From positions 3,040,001 to 3,104,000 of the forward strand of contig NZ_JAQNDL010000001.1 of assembly GCF_028368995.1 (NCBI RefSeq): a stretch of DNA of 64,000 nt, in the 5' to 3' direction. The translations under genes were made by a program, and so were the position numbers. Within the stretch, counting starts at the first letter, position 1; each line of letters starts with the position of its first letter. Below are positions 9,612 to 17,894 of this stretch, one piece after another. The notes below the pieces were generated by a model, which saw nothing but the letters and a program-made list of their open reading frames with translations, did not search any database and had not been told where the DNA came from. This DNA comes from Nannocystis bainbridge (GTDB lineage Bacteria; Myxococcota_A; Polyangia; Nannocystales; Nannocystaceae).

Positions 9612-11594
9612 ATGCGCTTACGCTGGCTCGCCTGTCCGACCCTGGCCCTCGCCCTCGCCGGCTGCCCGGGGCCGTACACCCCGGCCACGACCGAGAACGA
9701 GACCTCCAGCTCCAGCGCGAGCAGCAGCAGCCCGACCGAGACCACGACCCAGTCGACGACCACCACCAGCACCGCCGGCCCGACCAGCGAGCCGACCACC
9801 ACCCCGTCGGGCTGCGTGGGCACCGACGAGCGGTGCGACGGCGAGCAGCACCAGATCTGCGTCGGCGGCAATTGGATCGGCGACCCCTGCCCGGCCGGCA
9901 CCGGCTGCCAGGACGGCGCCAAGACCTGCGAGACCTGCGACTGCGCGGCCCCGCCGACCTGCCTCGACGCCTCGACGCTCGAGACCTGCGGCTGCCTGGT
10001 GCCCCAGCAAACCACATGTCCCGAAGGCCAGGCGTGCGACGCCGAGGCCGGGGCCTGCAGCGCCGTGCTCTGCACCCCCGGCGAGCAGACCTGCACCGAC
10101 CAGAACACCCGCCGCACCTGCAACGAGTACGGCACCGGCTACGAGGCGCCGGTCACGTGCGACGGCGACGAGCTGTGCGACCCCGACATGGGCGCCTGCA
10201 TGGCCGCGTGCAGCGTGGTGGCCAAGCGGCAGTCGAGCATCGGCTGCGAGTTCTGGGCCGTCGACATGGCCAACGTCCCGCCGCGCGACGCCTACGTCTA
10301 CGCGGTCGCCGTCTCCAACCCGAGCGCCACCGAGCCGGTCAACGTCGAGATCTTCGACGGCAACAAGAACGGCGCCGAGCAGAAGCTGCTGACCGGCGTG
10401 ATCGCCCCGCGCCAGGTCCGGACCTTCCTGCTGTCGGGCAGCAGCAACAACCAGAACGGCTTCTACCCCGGCGACGCCGGCTTCACCGGCTCCGGCATCG
10501 CCCCCGGCCGGGCCTTCCGCGTCGTCTCCGACCTGCCGATCGTCGCCACCCAGTTCAACCCGCTCGGCGGCGCGCTCGCCTTCACCACCGACGCCTCGCT
10601 GCTGCTGCCGACCCACGCGCTCGGCTCGCGCTACTTCCACCTCGCGTGGGGCGAGGGCCTCGGCAGCGGCTCCTCGCTGGTCGTGGTCGCCACCGCCGAC
10701 GACACCACGATCTCGCTCAAGCCCACGGTCAACGTCGCCGCCGGCCAGAACGGCATGCCCGCGCTGACGAAGGGCGTCACCACCGAGATCAAGCTCGACC
10801 GCTACGACTACGTCCAGCTGCAGACCAACAGCGGCGACACCACCGGCTCGGAGATCGTCGCCGACAAGCCGGTCGCGGTGTTCGGCGGCCACTCGTGCGG
10901 GCAGGTGCCGAACAAGACGGTGACCTTCTGCGACCACCTCGAGGAGCAGATCTTCCCGGTCGACACGTGGGGCATCGAGTACGTCGCCCTGCGCAGCCCC
11001 GCCCGCGGCACCGAGGACATGTTCTGGCGGGTCCTCGCGCGCGAGTCCGGCGCGACCGTCACCTTCACGCCCAAGCCCGAGGGCCTGGCCGAGGCCACGC
11101 AGGTCATCCCCGCCGGCGGCTTCATCCAATTCAACGCCAGCGGCGACTTCCGCATCCAGTCCAACAACCCGATCATGGTCGCCGGCTACATGTACGGCTC
11201 CGAGGCCCCCGGCGTGCCGGCCAACGGCAACCCCGGCGACCCCTCGATGGTGCTGATGGTCCCGACCGAGCAGTGGCTCGGCGACTACGTGTTCCTGGTC
11301 GACAGCTCGTACGCCAACGACAACGTCCGCCTGGTCCGCAAGGCCATGAACAACAACGTCGAGCTCGGCTGCCTCGGCGGCCTCGTGCCCGACGACCACT
11401 GGAAGCAGATCCCCGGCACCCAGTACGTCACCGCGGTCGTCAACATCAACCCCGGCGAGGGCGACTGCCAGGCCGGCACCAACACCGCCTCGGCCAAGAC
11501 CACCACCTTCGGCGTCATCGTCACGGGCGAGGCCCAGGGCGCCTCGTACGCCTACCCCGGCGGCATGGCGCTGAGGGAGATCGCGCCGGGCTGA
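9612..11594 (+). CDS. Cys-rich lipoprotein with IgGFc-binding-like domain
   Basis: LAGC lipobox, Thr/Ser linker, Cys repeats, SIGCEFWAV, DASLLLP, CDHLEEQ, GDPSM, SYAYPGGM. Confidence 0.85.
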   Translation: MRLRWLACPTLALALAGCPGPYTPATTENETSSSSASSSSPTETTTQSTTTTSTAGPTSEPTTTPSGCVGTDERCDGEQHQICVGGNWIGDPCPAGTGCQDGAKTCETCDCAAPPTCLDASTLETCGCLVPQQTTCPEGQACDAEAGACSAVLCTPGEQTCTDQNTRRTCNEYGTGYEAPVTCDGDELCDPDMGACMAACSVVAKRQSSIGCEFWAVDMANVPPRDAYVYAVAVSNPSATEPVNVEIFDGNKNGAEQKLLTGVIAPRQVRTFLLSGSSNNQNGFYPGDAGFTGSGIAPGRAFRVVSDLPIVATQFNPLGGALAFTTDASLLLPTHALGSRYFHLAWGEGLGSGSSLVVVATADDTTISLKPTVNVAAGQNGMPALTKGVTTEIKLDRYDYVQLQTNSGDTTGSEIVADKPVAVFGGHSCGQVPNKTVTFCDHLEEQIFPVDTWGIEYVALRSPARGTEDMFWRVLARESGATVTFTPKPEGLAEATQVIPAGGFIQFNASGDFRIQSNNPIMVAGYMYGSEAPGVPANGNPGDPSMVLMVPTEQWLGDYVFLVDSSYANDNVRLVRKAMNNNVELGCLGGLVPDDHWKQIPGTQYVTAVVNINPGEGDCQAGTNTASAKTTTFGVIVTGEAQGASYAYPGGMALREIAPG

Positions 11595-11697
11595 AGTCTC
11601 GGCGGGGCCGCCTCCGGCCCGCGCACGCGCGCGCTCCGGCGGGCCCGCCGCCGACCCGGCGATCGATCGACGCCCGGGCGCGCGCGGATGGGCTCGC

Positions 11698-13005
11698 ATG
11701 TCCTACCATGCGCGCCGCATGCCGCTGCACACCCGGATCTTGCTCGGCCTCGCGGTCGGCGCGGCCCTCGGCCTCGGCGCCAACCTCGGCCTCGGCGCCG
11801 ACCATGCCGTCGTCCAGTTCGTGCTGACCTACGTCGCCGGCCCGCTCGGCCAGGTCTTCCTGCGCATCCTCTCGATGGTGGTGATGCCGCTGGTGTTCGC
11901 CTCGATCGCCCTCGGCGTCGCCGGCGTCGGCGACATCCGCCGCGCCGGCCGCATGGGCGTCAAGACCCTCGCCTTCTTCCTCGTCACCACCGCGCTCGCC
12001 TCCGCTCTCGGCCTGCTGCTCGTCAGCCTCGTCGACCCTGGCGCCTACGTCTCGCCCGCGGTCCGCGACGAGCTCGTGGCCCAGTACGCGCGCACCAGCG
12101 GCCCCCCGCCCGCGCCGACCAGCTTCGGCGTCGAGACCTTCGTCGGCATCGTCACCCGTAACCCGCTCAAGTCGGCGGTCGACGGCGACATGCTCGGCGT
12201 GATCTTCTTCGGCCTGATGTTCGGCGCCGGCATCACCCTGATCCGCGAGGACCGGCAAAAGACCATGATGGGCTTCCTCGAGGCGCTCGCCGAGGTCATC
12301 TCGGCGATCGTCGACATGGCCATGAAGATCGCGCCCTACGGCGTGGCCGGCCTGATCTTCGGCGTCACCGCCCTGTTCGGCTTCGCCCTGCTCGCCCCGC
12401 TCGGCGTCTACGTGGCCCTGGTCCTGGGCGCCCTCGCGCTGCACGCCATCGGCACCATGGGCCTCGTGATCCGCGCCCTCGTCGGCGTGTCGCCGTGGAT
12501 CTTCTTCTCCAAGATCCGCGCCGCCCTCGTCACCGCCTTCTCGACCTCCTCGAGCAGCGCCACCCTGCCGACCAACCTCCTCGTCGGCCAGCAAAACCTC
12601 GGCATCCCGCCGCGGATCTGCGGCTTCGTCTATCCGCTCGGCGCGACGATGTGCATGAACGGCACCGCCCTGTTCGAGGGCATCACCGTGATCTTCCTGT
12701 GCCAGGTGTTCGGGGTGGCGCTCAGCCTCGGCCAGATGGCGGTCATCATCGCCATGGCGGTGCTCACCTCGGTCGGCGCCGCCGCCGTCCCGGGCGGCTC
12801 GATCCCGCTGCTGGTCGGCATGCTGACCATGTTCGGCGTCCCGGGCGAGGGTATCGCCGTGATCATCGGCATCGACCGGATCCTCGACATGGCCCGCACC
12901 TCGGTGAACGTGCTCGGCGACCACGTCGCCGCCGCCTTCGTCGCCCGCAGCGAGGGCCTGTGGAGCCCCGAGCACCTCACGAAATCTGTTCCTCCGGACA
13001 GGTGA
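11698..13005 (+). CDS. dicarboxylate/amino acid:cation symporter (GltP/DAACS)
   Basis: AFSTSSSSATLP, PLGATMCMNGT, IDRILDMARTSVNVLGD. Confidence 0.93.
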   Translation: MSYHARRMPLHTRILLGLAVGAALGLGANLGLGADHAVVQFVLTYVAGPLGQVFLRILSMVVMPLVFASIALGVAGVGDIRRAGRMGVKTLAFFLVTTALASALGLLLVSLVDPGAYVSPAVRDELVAQYARTSGPPPAPTSFGVETFVGIVTRNPLKSAVDGDMLGVIFFGLMFGAGITLIREDRQKTMMGFLEALAEVISAIVDMAMKIAPYGVAGLIFGVTALFGFALLAPLGVYVALVLGALALHAIGTMGLVIRALVGVSPWIFFSKIRAALVTAFSTSSSSATLPTNLLVGQQNLGIPPRICGFVYPLGATMCMNGTALFEGITVIFLCQVFGVALSLGQMAVIIAMAVLTSVGAAAVPGGSIPLLVGMLTMFGVPGEGIAVIIGIDRILDMARTSVNVLGDHVAAAFVARSEGLWSPEHLTKSVPPDR

Positions 13006-13164
13006 GCCTGCCTCGCACCCACGGCGGTGCGGCCCTTGTCCCCCAGCCGCGCGCGCCTCGGGCAGGCCCGGAGCCGCCCCGCCCGGAGCGGCGCGCGCCC
13101 GATCGCACCGCGAATCCGCGAGGCCGGGTGCGAAGGCCCACAGAACTCGGTATGGTAGTGCTCC

Positions 13165-16155
13165 ATGGCGCCCCTTCTCGAGCAGGCCAGCGACGTCGCC
13201 GCGTGGAAGCCCCGTTCTGCGCTCCTCGGCACGCTGCTGGCCAACCGCTACCGGATCACCCAATCCATCGGTCAGGGTTCGACCGGCGCGGTCTACCGCG
13301 CCGAAGACCTGTTGATGAACCGGCCGGTCGCGGTCCGGATCCTCGTCCCGAGCCTCGCGCAGAACCCTACGGTGGTCTCGCGGATCCGCGCTCGCATCGA
13401 CCGCAACATCAAGATCCAGCAGCAGCAGCCTGATGCGTTGGTCAACCTCGTCGACGCATTCGACGTCGGCATGACCCTCGAGGGCGAGCTCTTCATCGTC
13501 ACCGATTTCCTCGACGGTGATCATCTTTCGGCGATGCTCGAGCGCGGCGGTCGGCTGCCGTGGTCGCGCGCCCGCCACCTCTTCATTCGCCTGAGCCAGC
13601 TCCTGCAGGCCCTGCACGAGCGGGGCATCGTGCTCGGCACGCTGCAGGCGCGGCACTGCTACGCGGTCCGCAACCGGCCGAAGAACGAGGCGATCAAGAT
13701 CGTGAGCACGGCGGTGTTCGAGCACATCGCCGCCAACCTCGGCCCGGGCGCCGGCGAGGTCGGGACGCAGATGGCCCGCTATGCCGCGCCGGAGCAGGGC
13801 TGCGGCGAGCCGACGGACATCCGCACCGACGTCTACTCGCTCGGCATCATCGCCTACGAGCTGCTGACCGGGAAGCTGCCGTTCAACGAGACCAACCCGA
13901 TCCGACTGGTCGCGCAGCACCTGCACGCCACGCCGCTGCCGCTGCGCCAGGTCGCGCCCGACGCCGACATCCCGGCCGCGGTCGAGGAGGTCGTGCTCAA
14001 GGCGCTGTCCAAGTCGCCTGCCGATCGCCACCCGAGCATGGAGGCCTTCGCCGCCGCGCTGTCGGCGATCCCCGCCGACGAGGCCGGCGCGCCGACGACG
14101 GCCACCGGCGCCTTCGCCACCGTCGCGCCCGCCGAGCCGCTGCCCTCGACGCCCCCGCCACCGCCGCCGCCCAAGCCGCTGGCCTCGACGCTACCTGTCT
14201 CTTCGGACAACCTCTCCGCACCTGTCCCTTCGGTCAGCTCGGCCGCCGCCGCCGCTGCCGTCGAGGAGCCGTCGCCGTCGACCTCCGGCGCCGCGCCGGC
14301 GAAGATCGCCCCCTCGGTGGTCATGCGCGGGCTCATCGACGCCCCCGCCACTCCGCCGGGCCCGCCTCCGCCCCCGCCGACCTCGATCGCCCCGCCGCCG
14401 CCGGTCGGCCCGCGACGGCCGCCGTCGATCGCGGTGCCGACGCTGATCCCCTCGCCGCGCCGCCCGTCCGAGCCGGTCGCCTCGGCACCTGTACCTTCGG
14501 CCATGTCCGAAAGCGCAGCCGACAAGCCGACCGAGGCCCCGGTCGCCGCCGAGCCGCCGCCGGCCCCCGCGCCCGAAGCCCCGCCGGCCGCCACGCCTGT
14601 CGCCGCAGCGCTCGCGACGCCCGCAGCGCCCGAGACGCCCGTGGCTGCCGAGCAGCCGCCCGCTGCCGCCGAGCCACCCGCGCCCGCTGCCGCCGAGCCT
14701 CCTGCGCCCGCCGCCGCCGAGCCGCCCGTCGCCGCCGCCGAGCCGCCTCCGCCCAGCGCCGCCGAGCTGCCGCCGCCGCCGCCCTTCGCCGCCGAGACCC
14801 CGCCGCCTCCGCCGCACTACGCCGCCGAGACCCCGCCCCCGCCTCCGCCCTACGCTGCCGAGCCCCCGCCTGCGCCGGCGCCGATCGCCGCTGCGCCGCC
14901 GCCTCCGCCGGCCCCTGCTGCCGAGCCGACGGTCGCCGCCGTGCCGCCGCCTTCGGCCAAGCCCGCTCCGCTGCCCGCCGAGATCATCCGGATCCCCGCG
15001 CCCGGCGAGTCCATGCGCGCGAGCCTCAGCGACTCGATGCGCGCCTCGGCCGAGTCCCTGCGCGCCGCGATCCCGGCCGACTCGATGCGGGCCCCGATCG
15101 CCGCCGACTCCGTGCGCGCCCCGGCCCCGGCCGACTCGACCCGCGCCGCCGCGCCTGCCGACTCGATGCGGGCGCCGATCTCCAGCGACTCCGCGCGGGT
15201 CCGGGCGGCCGAGATCGTGGCTGTCCCTGCGGCCCTGTCCGCAAAGCCAGATGAAGCCTCGGCCGCCGCCTCGGTCAGCGCGCGCCGGGTCGCCGCCGCC
15301 GACGTCGCCCCCGAGACCTTGCGGGCCGCCGCCCTGCGCCAGTCGCAGTCGGGCGAGCGCCTGACCTCGAGCGCCGAGCTGCGGCCGACCGAGTCGATCA
15401 TCGCCGAGCTGCCGAAGCGGCGGACCCCGTGGGTCGCGATCGTCGGCCTCGGCGCCGCGCTGGCTGCCGGCGCCGCCGCGTACATCCAGACCGAGCCCGA
15501 GGTCGCCCCGCAGGCCAATCGCGCCGTCACGCCGCCGCCGGCCAAAATCGAGCCGAAGACCGCCCCGCCGGTCAAGGCCGACCCCACGCCGATCCCCGCC
15601 AAGGTCGAGCCGCCGCCGCCCGATCCGGTCCCGATCGTCGCGCCCCCGCCCGACCCCGAGCCCGCCCCGCGCGACGTCGAGAGCGAGGAGCCGAAGAAGA
15701 AGAAGAAGCGCCGGGCCAAGAGCACCGAGCCCGAGGAGGAAGAGGAGGATCTGTTCGACCAGGTCCGCAAGCACATGGAGGCCAAGAAGGCCCAGGAGGA
15801 GGCCTACAAGAAGGCCGCCGAGGCCGGCACCTCGCTGCCCGGACCTGCGCCCACCCCGGCCAACGCCATGCCCGCGCCCGCGCCCAAGCCGGCCGTCGAG
15901 GACAACGCCACCAAGGCCAAGGACACCCTCGACCGCGCCCGCCAGGCCGCGCAGCAGAGCAACCATCCCCTCGCGTACAGCCTCGCCAAGCAGGCCAACG
16001 CGCTCGCGCGCTCGCAGGACGCGATCGAGCTCATGGGCGTGTCTGCCTGCAAGGCCGGCAACGCCGACAACGCCCGCAGCGCCGCCGACCAGCTGACCGG
16101 CGCGCGCCGCAGCGCCGTCTACAGCGCCTGCGCCGGCAACGGCATCACCCTCTGA
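13165..16155 (+). CDS. Ser/Thr kinase-like protein (probable pseudokinase) with Pro-rich linker, TM and C-terminal domain
   Basis: IGQGSTGAVY, YAAPEQ and DVYSLG retained; VAxK, HRD and DFG motifs degenerate; TM at PWVAIVGLGAALAAGAAAY. Confidence 0.85.
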   Translation: MAPLLEQASDVAAWKPRSALLGTLLANRYRITQSIGQGSTGAVYRAEDLLMNRPVAVRILVPSLAQNPTVVSRIRARIDRNIKIQQQQPDALVNLVDAFDVGMTLEGELFIVTDFLDGDHLSAMLERGGRLPWSRARHLFIRLSQLLQALHERGIVLGTLQARHCYAVRNRPKNEAIKIVSTAVFEHIAANLGPGAGEVGTQMARYAAPEQGCGEPTDIRTDVYSLGIIAYELLTGKLPFNETNPIRLVAQHLHATPLPLRQVAPDADIPAAVEEVVLKALSKSPADRHPSMEAFAAALSAIPADEAGAPTTATGAFATVAPAEPLPSTPPPPPPPKPLASTLPVSSDNLSAPVPSVSSAAAAAAVEEPSPSTSGAAPAKIAPSVVMRGLIDAPATPPGPPPPPPTSIAPPPPVGPRRPPSIAVPTLIPSPRRPSEPVASAPVPSAMSESAADKPTEAPVAAEPPPAPAPEAPPAATPVAAALATPAAPETPVAAEQPPAAAEPPAPAAAEPPAPAAAEPPVAAAEPPPPSAAELPPPPPFAAETPPPPPHYAAETPPPPPPYAAEPPPAPAPIAAAPPPPPAPAAEPTVAAVPPPSAKPAPLPAEIIRIPAPGESMRASLSDSMRASAESLRAAIPADSMRAPIAADSVRAPAPADSTRAAAPADSMRAPISSDSARVRAAEIVAVPAALSAKPDEASAAASVSARRVAAADVAPETLRAAALRQSQSGERLTSSAELRPTESIIAELPKRRTPWVAIVGLGAALAAGAAAYIQTEPEVAPQANRAVTPPPAKIEPKTAPPVKADPTPIPAKVEPPPPDPVPIVAPPPDPEPAPRDVESEEPKKKKKRRAKSTEPEEEEEDLFDQVRKHMEAKKAQEEAYKKAAEAGTSLPGPAPTPANAMPAPAPKPAVEDNATKAKDTLDRARQAAQQSNHPLAYSLAKQANALARSQDAIELMGVSACKAGNADNARSAADQLTGARRSAVYSACAGNGITL

Positions 16156-16292
16156 GCGCAGATCTCTCCGCTCGCCCCGGCCGCCCGCTGCCTGCAGCGC
16201 GGCGGCCTTCGTGCTTTCTCGGGCCCGCGAGCGGCGGCTCTCCCCGCCCTCGTCCGGCCGCCTTCGCAGCGAAGGCCCCGGCGAGCGGAGCA

Positions 16293-16344
16293 TCACATGT
16301 CCCCATGAACATGTCTCCAAGAGCATGCTCTTCAGGACATACCC
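16293..16344. repeat. 14-bp-phased CATG array
   Basis: CATG at 16296, 16310, 16324; CATA at 16338. Confidence 0.8.
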
Positions 16345-16509
16345 ACGTGCCTGTCTGCCCGCGGCGATCGTCGCCCGCTCTCGCCCGCGCCGCGCGGACG
16401 CATGCCTGAGCTCCGCGGCCGCCGCACGAGCGATCCGCCGCCTCGACTTCACCGGCCTCGCCTGCCACCGTGAAGATCGGCCAATACGCGGCCGAGAAAG
16501 CGAGTCACC

Positions 16510-16584
16510 ATGAAGACGAAGACGAGCACCCGCGCCGGCTCTGGCTCCGGCTCTGTTGGTACCAACCCGCTGTACAGCGGCTAG
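16510..16584 (+). CDS. micropeptide 1, MKTKTSTRAGSGSGSVGTNPLYSG (24 aa)
   Basis: One of four paralogous short ORFs with shared leader and NPL[YF]; preceded by GAGAAAGCGAGTCACC. Confidence 0.8.
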   Translation: MKTKTSTRAGSGSGSVGTNPLYSG

Positions 16585-16650
16585 CGCCGCCCCTGCCCGA
16601 CATGTCCTTTTTGACATGTTGCGAGGCAGCCGCCGCGACCGCTGTGGCAT

Positions 16651-16671
16651 CACGGCACACGCGGTGCCGCC
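16651..16671. promoter_or_regulatory. conserved palindrome CACGGCACACGCGGTGCCGCC (copy 1); hairpin or sigma54-like GG-N10-GC
   Basis: Near-identical copies at 16837 and 17166. Confidence 0.6.
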
Positions 16672-16709
16672 ACGACAACGAACCACCGGACCCGAGAAAC
16701 GAAGGACTG

Positions 16710-16763
16710 ATGAAGATCAAGACCAACACCCGCGCCGGCGGCGACAACCCGCTCTACCACTGA
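16710..16763 (+). CDS. micropeptide 2, MKIKTNTRAGGDNPLYH (17 aa)
   Basis: Paralog of peptide 1; GAAGGA RBS-like sequence upstream. Confidence 0.8.
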   Translation: MKIKTNTRAGGDNPLYH

Positions 16764-16836
16764 CCTCGCAGAGCATGTCCCTCCGGACATTTCCCCATGC
16801 GAGACGAACGCCAGGCCGCGACGACCGCCGCGGCCC

Positions 16837-16857
16837 CACGGCACACGCAGTGCCGCC
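16837..16857. promoter_or_regulatory. conserved palindrome copy 2
   Basis: CACGGCACACGCAGTGCCGCC. Confidence 0.6.
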
Positions 16858-16915
16858 CGATCGCAACCCGACAACGGCAGCGGGCCACCCGCCCGCGGCC
16901 GAGGACGAGCTGACC

Positions 16916-16972
16916 ATGAAGACCAGGACCCACACGCGCGCTGGCGGCGTCGCCATCAACCCCCTCTACTAG
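16916..16972 (+). CDS. micropeptide 3, MKTRTHTRAGGVAINPLY (18 aa)
   Basis: Paralog; GAGGACGAGCTGACC upstream. Confidence 0.8.
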   Translation: MKTRTHTRAGGVAINPLY

Positions 16973-17032
16973 CCGTGTTCTTTAAACCTGTCCGCTGTGC
17001 GAACCCGTCGGCGGGCGAGAAACGAGCTGACC

Positions 17033-17095
17033 ATGAAGACGAGAACCAACACCCGCGCCCGCGCCGGCACTGGCGAAAACCCGCTGTTCACCTGA
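17033..17095 (+). CDS. micropeptide 4, MKTRTNTRARAGTGENPLFT (20 aa)
   Basis: Paralog; GAGAAACGAGCTGACC upstream. Confidence 0.8.
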   Translation: MKTRTNTRARAGTGENPLFT

Positions 17096-17165
17096 CCTGC
17101 CGCGACGTGTCCTTCCGGCACGGCCCTGGCAGGGCGAACGATCTGGGCGCCGTGACCACCGCCCC

Positions 17166-17186
17166 CACGGCACACGCAGTGCCGCC
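17166..17186. promoter_or_regulatory. conserved palindrome copy 3
   Basis: CACGGCACACGCAGTGCCGCC. Confidence 0.6.
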
Positions 17187-17229
17187 TCGATCGCAGCCGT
17201 GAGCCGCAGAGGGCTTTCAGCCGCACAAA

Positions 17230-17300
17230 AGGTCCCGTCGGGATTCGAACCCGAATAACCCGTGTTGCAGACGGGCACCTGGCCGCTCGGACACGGGACC
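17230..17300 (-). tRNA. tRNA-Cys(GCA), copy A
   Basis: Acceptor GGTCCCG/CGGGACC, anticodon arm CCCGT-CTGCAAC-ACGGG, T arm TCGGG-TTCGAAT-CCCGA, U73; CCA not encoded. Confidence 0.9.
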
Positions 17301-17334
17301 ATGCTCTGCTCCGATCTCTCCCAGTTCTCAAAAG

Positions 17335-17405
17335 AGGTCCCGTCGGGATTCGAACCCGAATAACCCGTGTTGCAGACGGGCACCTGGCCGCTCGGACACG
17401 GGACC
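17335..17405 (-). tRNA. tRNA-Cys(GCA), copy B (identical to A)
   Basis: Same 71-nt cloverleaf. Confidence 0.9.
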
Positions 17406-17441
17406 ATGCTCTGATCTCTCCCCATTCTTTATTTTATAAAA

Positions 17442-17512
17442 AGGTCCCGTCGGGATTCGAACCCGAATAGCTCGAGTTGCAGTCGAGCACCTGGCCGTTC
17501 GGACACGGGACC
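17442..17512 (-). tRNA. tRNA-Cys(GCA), copy C
   Basis: Same scaffold with a compensatory anticodon stem CTCGA-CTGCAAC-TCGAG. Confidence 0.9.
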
Positions 17513-17652
17513 CAATGTTTGATTCGCGGCGTGGTGAATCGATGCAGCCGCGGCGACGCGGTGGCATCAATCGCCGGCCCTGCCGAGCACGACTCGCGCG
17601 CATGAATGCGACGACTCGAGCGCGGCGGCGCGGACCGGTGCGTCTGGCGTCT

Positions 17653-17720
17653 GCACGCGCAGGCACGCGCAGGCACGCGCAGGCACGCGCAGGCACGCGC
17701 AGGCACGCGCAGGCACGCGC
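17653..17720. repeat. 10-bp tandem repeat (AGGCACGCGC)x6 plus a partial unit
   Basis: Directly visible perfect repeats. Confidence 0.95.
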
Positions 17721-17781
17721 CCCGGGCCGAACTTGGCCGCCACTACTTACAGCTTGTTGCAGCTCGGACCGAGCCGCCGCC

Positions 17782-17856
17782 TCAGCGTCGACACAACGAC
17801 GAAGTCACGCGCAGCGTCTGCGAGCGCGCGAGATCGGTGTGGACGGCGAGGGCCAT
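17782..17856 (-). CDS. putative leader peptide MALAVHTDLARSQTLRVTSSLCRR (24 aa)
   Basis: ATG 9 nt below a sigma70-like -10 box; single Cys (TGT) near the C-terminus; upstream of the tRNA-Cys cluster. Confidence 0.35.
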   Translation of the reverse strand: MALAVHTDLARSQTLRVTSSLCRR

Positions 17857-17865
17857 GATGCGAAT

Positions 17866-17894
17866 GAAATACCACCGCCCCGCCGCCCCGTCAA
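17866..17894 (-). promoter_or_regulatory. sigma70-like promoter TTGACG-N17-TATTTC pointing at the tRNA-Cys cluster
   Basis: -35 at 17894-17889, -10 at 17871-17866, TG extended -10. Confidence 0.6.

Noticed and set aside
14100-15250. Repetitive DNA in the kinase-like gene
   Set aside because: Explained by an in-frame Pro/Ala-rich protein linker.
16651-17186. Palindromic repeats as a CRISPR array
   Set aside because: Only three 21-bp copies, with 165- and 308-bp gaps that contain related ORFs; no cas genes.
17230-17512. tRNA copies as prophage or island att-site duplications
   Set aside because: All three are full length with compensatory changes; no integrase or foreign cargo in the window.
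16982-17706. Minus-strand ORFs with repeated VPCPSGQV..NPDGT
   Set aside because: These are translations of the three tRNA-Cys genes and the 10-bp repeat.
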